Below, piece after piece: positions 54,504-64,000 of a DNA stretch of 64,000 bases (position 1 is the first letter of the stretch; every line of letters begins with the position of its first letter). This DNA is from Rhynchopus sp. YZ270_cl-10. Its lineage: Eukaryota. The position numbers were made by a program, and so were the translations under genes. The notes under the pieces were generated by a model. The model did no database searches, had not been told where the DNA came from, and was given only the letters and a program-made list of their open reading frames with translations. The stretch lies in NCBI GenBank assembly GCA_964035575.1, contig OZ037842.1, forward strand, positions 930,001 to 994,000, read 5' to 3'.

Positions 54504-57500
54504 ATGCTTCCAAAACAACGCATCGAAAACAGCGCGATGAAACGCGTCCAAAACAGCGCGATGAAACGCGTCTAAAACAGCGCATCGAAAACAGCGCGAT
54601 GAAACGCTTCCATAACAGCGCATCGAATACAGCGCGATGAAACGCTTCCATAACAGCGCATCGAATACAGCGCGATGAAACGCTTCCAAAACAGCGCATC
54701 GATAACAGCGCGATGAAACGCTTCCAAAACAGCGCATCGAAAACAGCGCGATGAAACGCGTCCAAAACAGCGCATCGAAAACAGCGCGATGAAACGCGTC
54801 CAAAACAGCGCGATGAAACGCGTCCAAAACAGCGCGATGAAACGCGTCTAAAACAGCGCATCGAAAACAGCGCGATGAAACGCTTCCATAACAGCGCATC
54901 GAATACAGCGCGATGAAACGCGTCCAAAACAGCGCATCGATAACAGCGCGATGAAACGCTTCCAAAACAGCGCATCGAAAACAGCGCGATGAAACGCGTC
55001 CAAAACAGCGCTTCGAAAACAGCGCGATGAAACGCTTCCATAACAGCGCATCGAATACAGCGCGATGAAACGCGTCCAAAACAGCGCGTCCAAAACAGCG
55101 CGATGAAACGCTTCCAAAACAGCGCATCGAAAACAGCGCGATGAAACGCGTCCAAAACAGCGCTTCGAAAACAGCGCGATGAAACGCTTCCATAACAGCG
55201 CATCGAATACAGCGCGATGAAACGCGTCCAAAACAGCGCGTCCAAAACAGCGCGATGAAATGCTTCCAAAACAATGCATCGAAAACAGCGCGATGAAACG
55301 CGTCCAAAACAGCGCGATGAAACGCGTCTAAAACAGCGCATCGAAAACAGCGCGATGAAACGCTTCCATAACAGCGCATCGAAAACAGCGCGATGAAACG
55401 CGTCCAAAACAGCGCATCGAAAACAGCGCGATGAAACGCTTCCAAAACAACGCATCGAAAACAGCGCGAAGAAACGCGTCCAAAACAACGCATCGAAAAC
55501 AGCGCGAAGAAACGCGTCCAAAACAGCGCATCGAAAACAGCGCGATGAAACGCTTCCAAAACAACGCATCGAAAACAGCGCGATGAAACGCTTCCAAAAC
55601 AACGCGTCCAAAACAGCGCGATGAAACGCGTCCAAAACAGCGCATCGAAAACAGCGCGATGAAACGCGTGCAAAACAGCGCACCGATAACAGCGCGATGA
55701 AACGCGTCCAAAACAGCGCATCGAAAACAGCGCGATGAAACGCGTCCAAAACAACGCATCGAAAACAGCGCGATGAAACGCGTCCAAAACAACGCATCGA
55801 AAACAGCGCGATGAAACGCTTCCAAAACAGCGCATCGAAAACAGCGCGATGAAACGCTTACAAAACAGCGAACCGATAACAGCGCGATGAAACGCGTCCA
55901 AAACAGCGCATCGATACGAGCGCGATGAAACGCGTCCAACACAGCGCGTCGAAAACAGCGCGATGAAACGCTTCCAAAACAACGCATCGAAAACAGCACG
56001 ATGAAACGCGTCCAAAACAGCGCATCGAAAACAGCGCGATGAAACGCTTCCAAAACAGCGCATCGAAAACAGCGCGATGAAACGCTTCCAAAACAGCGCG
56101 ATGAAACGCGTCTAAAACAGCGCTTCGAAAACAGCGCGATGAAATGCTTCCAAAACAACGCATCGAAAACAGCGCGATGAAACGCGTCCAAAACAGCGCG
56201 ATGAAACGCGTCTAAAACAGCGCATCGAAAACAGCGCGATGAAACGCTTCCATAACAGCGCATCGAATACAGCGCGATGAAACGCGTCCAAAACAGCGCA
56301 TCGATAACAGCGCGATGAAACGCGTCTAAAACAGCGCTTCGAAAACAGCGCGATGAAATGCTTCTAAAACAGCGCATCGAAAACAGCGCGATGAAACGCG
56401 TCCAAAACAGCGCGATGAAACGCGTCTAAAACAGCGCATCGAAAACAGCGCGATGAAACGCTTCCAAAACAGCGCATCGAAAACAGCGCGATGAAACGCG
56501 TCCAAAACAGCGCGATGAAACGCTTCCAAAACAGCGCATCGAAAACAGCGCGATGAAACGCTTCCAAAACAGCGCATCGAAAACAGCGCGATGAAACGCG
56601 TCCAAAACAGCGCGATGAAACGCTTCCAAAACAACGCATCGAAAACAGCGCGATGAAACGCATCCAAAACAGCGCATCGAAAACAGCGCGATGAAACGCT
56701 TCCAAAACAGCGCATCGAAAACAGCGCGATGAAACGCTTCCAAAACAGCGCATCGAAAACAGCGCGATGAAACGCGTCCAAAACAGCGCGATGAAACGCT
56801 TCCAAAACAGCGCATCGAAAACAGCGCGATGAAACGCTTCTAAAACAGCGCATCCAAAACAGCGCGATGAAACGCTTCTAAAACAGCGCATCGAAAACAG
56901 CGCGATGAAACGCTTCCAAAACAGCGCATCGAAAACAGCGCGATGAAACGCGTCCAAAACAGCGCGATGAAACGCTTCCAAAACAGCGCATCGAAAACAG
57001 CGCGATGAAACGCTTCTAAAACAGCGCATCGAAAACAGCGCGATGAAACGCTTCTAAAACAGCGCATCGAAAACAGCGCGATGAAACGCTTCCAAAACAG
57101 CGCATCGAAAACAGCGCGATGAAACGCTTCCAAAACAGCGCATCGAAAACAGCGCGATGAAACGCTTCCAAAACAGCGCATCGAAAACAGCGCGATGAAA
57201 CGCTTCCAAAACAACGCATCGAAAACAGCGCGATGAAACGCATCCAAAACAGCGCATCGAAAACAGCGCGATGAAACGCTTCCAAAACAGCGCATCGAAA
57301 ACAGCGCGATGAAACGCTTCCAAAACAGCGCATCGAAAACAGCGCGATGAAACGCGTCCAAAACAGCGCGATGAAACGCTTCCAAAACAGCGCATCGAAA
57401 ACAGCGCGATGAAACGCTTCCATAACAGCGCATCGAATACAGCGCGATGAAACGCGTCCAAAACAGCGCATCGAAAACAGCGCGATGAAACGCGTCCAAA

Positions 57501-60500
57501 ACAGCGCGATGAAACGCTTCCAAAACAGCGCATCGAAAACAGCGCGATGAAACGCTTCCATAACAGCGCATCGAATACAGCGCGATGAAACGCTTCTAAA
57601 ACAGCGCATCGAAAACAGCGCGATGAAACGCTTCTAAAACAGCGCATCGAAAACAGCGCGATGAAACGCTTCCAAAACAGCGCATCGAAAACAGCGCGAT
57701 GAAACGCGTCCAAAACAGCGCATCGAAAACAGCGCGATGAAACGCGTCCAAAACAGCGCATCGAAAACAGCGCGATGAAACGCGTCCAAAACACCGCATC
57801 GATAACAGCGCGATGAAACGCGTCCAAAACAGCGCGATGAAACGCGTCCAAAACAGCGCGTCCAAAACAGCGCGATGAAACGCTTCCATAACAGCGCATC
57901 GAATACAGCGCGATGAAACGCGTCCAAAACAGCGCGTCCAAAACAGCGCGATGAAACGCTTCCAAAACAGCGCTTCGAAAACAGCGCGATGAAATGCTTC
58001 CAAAACAACGCATCGAAAACAGCGCGATGAAACGCGTCCAAAACAGCGCTTCGAAAACAGCGCGATGAAATGCTTCCAAAACAACGCATCGAAAACAGCG
58101 CGATGAAACGCGTCCAAAACAGCGCGATGAAACGCGTCTAAAACAGCGCATCGAAAACAGCGCGATGAAACGCTTCTAAAACAGCGCATCGAAAACAGCG
58201 CGATGAAACGCTTCCAAAACAGCGCATCGAAAACAGCGCGATGAAACGCGTCCAAAACAGCGCATCGAAAACAGCGCGATGAAACGCGTCCAAAACAGCG
58301 CATCGAAAACAGCGCGATGAAACGCGTCCAAAACACCGCATCGAAAACAGCGCGATGAAACGCGTCCAAAACAGCGCATCGAAAACAGCGCGATGAAACG
58401 CTTCCAAAACAACGCATCGAAAACAGCGCGATGAAACGCGTCCAAAACAGCGCGTCCAAAACAGCGCGATGAAACGCTTCCAAAACAGCGCATCGAAAAC
58501 AGCGCGATGAAACGCGTCCAAAACAGCGCATCGAAAACAGCGCGATGAAACGCGTCCAAAACAGCGCATCGAAAACAGCGCGATGAAACGCGTCCAAAAC
58601 ACCGCATCGATAACAGCGCGATGAAACGCTTCCAAAACAACGCATCGAAAACAGCGCGATGAAACGCGTCCAAAACAGCGCGTCCAAAACAGCGCGATGA
58701 AACGCTTCCATAACAGCGCATCGAATACAGCGCGATGAAACGCGTCCAAAACAGCGCGATGAAACGCGTCTAAAACAGCGCATCGAATACAGCGCGATGA
58801 AACGCGTCCAAAACAGCGCGTCCAAAACAGCGCGATGAAACGCTTCCAAAACAGCGCATCGAAAACAGCGCGATGAAACGCGTCCAAAACAGCGCTTCGA
58901 AAACAGCGCGATGAAATGCTTCCAAAACAACGCATCGAAAACAGCGCGATGAAACGCGTCCAAAACAGCGCGATGAAACGCGTCTAAAACAGCGCATCGA
59001 AAACAGCGCGATGAAACGCTTCCATAACAGCGCATCGAATACAGCGCGATGAAACGCGTCCAAAACAGCGCATCGAAAACAGCGGGATGAAACGCGTCCA
59101 AAACAACGCATCGATAACAGCGCGATGAAACGCTTCCAAAACAACGCATCGAAAACAGCGCGATGAAACGCGTCCAAAACAGCGCTTCGAAAACAGCGCG
59201 ATGAAATGCTTCCAAAACAACGCATCGAAAACAGCGCGATGAAACGCGTCCAAAACAGCGCTTCGAAAACAGCGCGATGAAACGCTTCCAAAACAGCGCA
59301 TCGAAAACAGCGCGATGAAACGCGTGCAAAACAACGCATCGAAAACAGCGCGATGAAACGCTTACAAAACAGTGCACCGATAACAGCGCGATGAAACGCG
59401 TGCATAACAACGCATCGAAAACAGCGCGATGAAACGCGTCCAAAACAACGCATCGAAAACATCGCGATGAAACGCTTCCAAAACAGCGCATCGAAAACAG
59501 CGCGATGAAACGCTTACAAAACAGCGCACCGATAACAGCGCGATGAAACGCGTCCAAAACAGCGCATCGAAAACAGCGCGATGAAACGCTTCCAAAACAG
59601 CGCATCGAAAACAGCGCGATGAAACGCGTCCAACACAGCGCGTCGAAAACAGCGCGATGAAACGCTTCCAAAACAACGCATCGAAAACAGCACGATGAAA
59701 CGCGTCCAAAACAGCGCATCGAAAACAGCGCGATGAAACGCATCCAAAACAGCGCATCGAAAACAGCGCGATGAAACGCGTCCAAAACAGCGCGATGAAA
59801 CGCTTCCAAAACAGCGCATCGAAAACAGCGCGATGAAACGCGTCCAAAACAGCGCGATGAAACGCTTCCAAAACAGCGCATCGAAAACAGCGCGATGAAA
59901 CGCTTCCAAAACAGCGCATCGAAAACAGCGCGATGAAACGCGTCCAAAACAGCGCGATGAAACGCTTCCAAAACAGCGCATCGAAAACAGCGCGATGAAA
60001 CGCGTCCAAAACAGCGCGATGAAACGCTTCCAAAACAGCGCATCGAAAACAGCGCGATGAAACGCTTCTAAAACAGCGCATCGAAAACAGCGCGATGAAA
60101 CGCTTCCAAAACAGCGCATCGAAAACAGCGCGATGAAACGCGTCCAAAACAGCGCGATGAAACGCTTCCAAAACAGCGCATCGAAAACAGCGCGATGAAA
60201 CGCTTCCAAAACAGCGCATCGAAAACAGCGCGATGAAACGCTTCCAAAACAGCGCATCGAAAACAGCGCGATGAAACGCGTCCAAAACAGCGCGATGAAA
60301 CGCTTCCAAAACAGCGCATCGAAAACAGCGCGATGAAACGCTTCCATAACAGCGCATCGAATACAGCGCGATGAAACGCGTCCAAAACAGCGCATCGAAA
60401 ACAGCGCGATGAAACGCTTCTAAAACAGCGCATCGAAAACAGCGCGATGAAACGCTTCTAAAACAGCGCATCGAAAACAGCGCGATGAAACGCTTCCAAA

Positions 60501-61933
60501 ACAGCGCATCGAAAACAGCGCGATGAAACGCGTCCAAAACAGCGCATCGAAAACAGCGCGATGAAACGCGTCCAAAACAGCGCATCGAAAACAGCGCGAT
60601 GAAACGCGTCCAAAACACCGCATCGATAACAGCGCGATGAAACGCTTCCAAAACAACGCATCGAAAACAGCGCGATGAAACGCGTCCAAAACAGCGCGAT
60701 GAAACGCGTCTAAAACAGCGCATCGAATACAGCGCGATGAAACGCGTACAAAACAGCGCGTCCAAAACAGCGCGATGAAACGCTTCCATAACAGCGCATC
60801 GAATACAGCGCGATGAAACGCGTCCAAAACAGCGCGTCCAAAACAGCGCGATGAAACGCTTCCAAAACAGCGCATCGAAAACAGCGCGATGAAACGCGTC
60901 CAAAACAGCGCTTCGAAAACAGCGCGATGAAATGCTTCCAAAACAACGCATCGAAAACAGCGCGATGAAACGCGTCCAAAACAGCGCGATGAAACGCGTC
61001 TAAAACAGCGCATCGAAAACAGCGCGATGAAACGCTTCCATAACAGCGCATCGAATACAGCGCGATGAAACGCGTCCAAAACAGCGCATCGAAAACAGCG
61101 GGATGAAACGCGTCCAAAACAACGCATCGATAACAGCGCGATGAAACGCTTCCAAAACAACGCATCGAAAACAGCGCGATGAAACGCTTCCAAAACAGCG
61201 CATCGAAAACAGCGCGATGAAACGCGTCCAAAACAGCGCTTCGAAAACAGCGCGATGAAATGCTTCCAAAACAACGCATCGAAAACAGCGCGATGAAACG
61301 CGTCCAAAACAGCGCGATGAAACGCGTCTAAAACAGCGCATCGAAAACAGCGCGATGAAACGCTTCCATAACAGCGCATCGAATACAGCGCGATGAAACG
61401 CGTCCAAAACAGCGCATCGAAACAGCGGGATGAAACGCGTCCAAAACAACGCATCGATAACAGCGCGATGAAACGCTTCCAAAACAACGCATCGAAAACA
61501 GCGCGATGAAACGCGTCCAAAACAGCGCGATGAAACGCGTCTAAAACAGCGCATCGAAAACAGCGCGATGAAACGCTTCCATAACAGCGCATCGAATACA
61601 GCGCGATGAAACGCGTCCAAAACAGCGCATCGAAACAGCGGGATGAAACGCGTCCAAAACAACGCATCGATAACAGCGCGATGAAACGCTTCCAAAACAA
61701 CGCATCGAAAACAGCGCGATGAAACGCTTCCAAAACAGCGCATCGAAAACAGCGCGATGAAACCCGTCCAAAACAACGCACCGAAAACAGCGCGATGAAA
61801 CGCGTCCAAAACAACGCATCGAAAACAGCGCGATGAAACGATTCCAAAACAGCGCATCGAAAACAGCGCGATGAAACGCTTCCATAACAGCGCATCGAAA
61901 ACAGCGCGATGAAACGATTCCAAATCAGCGCAT
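54504..61933. repeat. Satellite A array, final units slightly diverged
   Basis: 38-bp tandem units. Confidence 0.98.
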
Positions 61934-62641
61934 CACAAAACTAAATTTAACCTCATTTTTTATTTTTCAGTTGTGATCCAGTTTTCATGTTTAGTTATGA
62001 AAAGGGGCAGCACACAGATGGTTCATTGTAATGTTTTTCCACAGAACAGACTCGTGTCTCGCAAACTAGAAAACGCAAATGACTAAAAATTGTTGAAAGG
62101 AAAATGGACGAACATAACAGTGTGGTATACAAAAGGGACTATAATTTTTTTTTTCTTGTGACCGACCGTTCTTGCGCAAGTCTCTTGTCTGGACTTTTGG
62201 GTGGAAGGGATTGTGGAGGTGTGGCGGACCGCGACTTCATTCCCAAGCCTCCGACGTGGTTTTTCCGAGGAACAAACAGTACGACATTGCTGATTATCTT
62301 CTTTTTTCTCTCTTTTTTTTTTTTTATTCCACTGGGAAATAAAGTATACGAAGGATTTGGCACTTTTAGCGGGATTCTTTTTAATGATAATTTCACGCAG
62401 TTTTTTTATCGCGAATTTATAACCCGCTCATTGAACTTTATTTCACGCGTTTTTCACTTTTTTTCACAGCAATTCCTTCAGAGCGGGATTTTATTTTTGT
62501 TTTTTTCACGCTAAAACAGGGGTTTTATTTGGCGATAACTTCACGCTAAATTTTGGTACATCCTGCACCACCACCCGCCTAAAAATTGAAAATTTCGAAT
62601 TTTTTTTGCCCTTTTCCCATTTTTTTTCTGACACATGCAAC

Positions 62642-62954
62642 ATGCCGAAGGATGTAAGACGCAAACGGTCCTCCGACAGGAGATGGACAAGCACTACAGT
62701 GGTTTTGCTGAAGGACTAGCATTGTCGACACCGTACGTCCGTGAATGGGACCGCTTTTTAAGGAATTCATTGGCAAGCCTGACGGTAAGCCCACGGAAGC
62801 CGACTTCGTTTCGTATATAGTGTATCTCCGTGACGATCTCACTATCAAGACGAAGGACACACCACCCCCTTTACTTCATTGTGAGGAAGGTGGTGGCTGG
62901 CATGATATTCTGTGATGGGCGGGGATCTTCTGAATGTGTCTCGCTCTTGCACGA
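62642..62954 (+). pseudogene. Frameshifted remnant resembling the N-terminal (core-binding) domain of a tyrosine recombinase
   Basis: Reading across the T5 run at 62755-62759 gives STPYVREWDRF/KEFIGKPDGKPTEADFVSYIVYLRDD, a Y..W..F..F...PT...F..Y..YL pattern. No catalytic R-H-R-Y domain is visible. Truncated by a nested insertion. Confidence 0.4.
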
Positions 62955-63342
62955 CAGCCATTTCCTGACCTCCCGCTAGCACCCGAGGGGACACTGAGGT
63001 GGCGAGAGGTCGGGATGTAGCTTTGTGTACCGTTGAGGCAGCTTTCCAAACCCGACCACACGCTGCGCTACGCGCTATGCGTACACGTGGTGTGGGCTTT
63101 TTAGGCTACATACTGTACGCGCTACACACAAAATGCCGTTGTTGTGTGTGTAAAAACGTGGGTTGCGTGGTACTGCATGGGGTCACACGTGCACCACCCT
63201 GTGGCTCACACATGGTTCTGCCACTCCAAAAATGCGTATCCCACCCCACATACCAGGGTATGGGCCAATTCACCAGTTTTTTGCAGGTTCCCAGCGAGCA
63301 AAAGCTAGCGGGAGGGTAATAAGAGCTACCTGGAGGGACACA
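62955..63342. mobile_element. Diverged relative of the 15389-15829 element, nested in the Crypton-like element
   Basis: Shares left end AGC(C/T)ATTTCC..CCTCCCGC, internal GGGATGTAGCTTTGTG and right end CTGGAGGG..AC; hairpin centre shorter. Confidence 0.6.
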
Positions 63343-63598
63343 TTCTCGTTAGTTATTGCACAATAAATGAGTCCCGCTAAAAGTGCCAAATCCTTTCGTA
63401 TACTTTATTTCCCGTGAAATAAAATTACGTATTCACCTCCTTTTAGCGGATTATTTTGCGATACTTCACTTATTTTTTTCCCAGGCTCGTGCACTCAATT
63501 TGCCTCGCTTCGCTCGGCAAATTAAGTAGCCCTCGCCTGGGAAAAAAATGCGTGAAGTTATCGCAAAATAAAACCCCGCTAAAAGGAGGTGAATAAAT

Positions 63599-63640
<42 letters not shown>

Positions 63641-63871
63641 TGAGGAGAAAACCAAAACGGAAATGAAGCTTGCGAAATGAGAGTGGAGGTTATTATGTTT
63701 TATTCTCCCCATTACCACCACTTCGCAGAAAAAACCCTTTTTTCGTTCGCGAGTTTGTTTTGCGTCTTCCTCAATTTACAAACTTTTTTTCCCACCCACC
63801 CTCCAACAAAAAAGTTTTATCAAAGTTTCAAAAAGAAATAAGAAGGAACGTGTGCTGAATGACTATCCGAG

Positions 63872-64000
63872 ACACCACCCCTGGATCAGACATCCTTGTT
63901 ATGAGTACCTGGGAGCCCTCTTGAGGGTGAGGCACCACCCTTGGATCTGTTATCTGGGTTATGAGTACCTTGGGTCTGTTATTGCTGGCATGAGTACACC
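63872..64000. repeat. Short diverged tandem repeat (about 60/30-bp period), possibly continuing beyond the window
   Basis: CACCACCC.TGGATC twice and ATGAGTAC three times. Confidence 0.6.

Larger units (their letters stand above)
62322..63600 (+). mobile_element. Crypton-like element in a poly-T tract, with ~53-bp inverted repeats (62322-62374 and 63372-63424) and a 166-bp terminal hairpin (63430-63595)
   Basis: TATTCACCTCC...TTGCCTCGC-TTC-GCTCGGCAA...GGAGGTGAATA imperfect palindrome; T runs on both flanks; repeated GATAACTTCACGC-like motifs; contains a recombinase-like remnant. Confidence 0.6.

Noticed and set aside
2504..61923. Long minus-strand ORFs (up to 1373 aa) with RFIALFSMRCFG / AFHRAVFDALFW repeats
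   Set aside because: All three frames are open because the 38-bp unit lacks minus-strand stops. Unit length is not a multiple of 3, variant units shift frame freely, and there is no unique N- or C-terminus.
2530..61933. CRISPR array
   Set aside because: Units are contiguous with no unique spacers, no cas genes are present, and the context is eukaryotic.
1..64000. tRNA, rRNA, telomeric repeats or an autonomous transposase/Rep-helicase gene
   Set aside because: None recognisable by eye; the unique segments are too short to hold an intact mobilising enzyme.

Overview
Eukaryotic (probably protist) nuclear DNA. The window opens with a spliced, coiled-coil-rich gene on the minus strand (ATG at 1635, two short GT..AG introns, running off the left edge). 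About 2.5-61.9 kb is a CpG-rich 38-bp satellite (A). It is interrupted by about 18 copies or fragments of a non-autonomous element family with Helentron/Helitron2 (DINE-1-like) architecture: 5' TT plus hairpin, asymmetric 11-bp inverted repeats, A-rich tail, no target duplication, insertion 5' of a T. These elements insert into each other's termini, and their central repeat has expanded into a second 57/43-bp satellite (B). Empty, filled and collapsed states of one insertion site coexist in the window. A unique island at 18.4-22.0 kb holds a perfect 131-bp palindrome, ~221-bp units in inverted orientation and an OTU-like deubiquitinase ORF. Three small Crypton-like elements from two families are also present. 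Two carry a long terminal hairpin with tandem GA:GA mismatches and a GAA loop on one strand only, and joining the element ends rebuilds an internal site, an architecture reminiscent of integron attC cassettes. One contains a frameshifted remnant resembling a tyrosine-recombinase N-terminus. The long repetitive ORFs in the track are satellite artefacts. All family assignments come from structure read by eye, not database searches.
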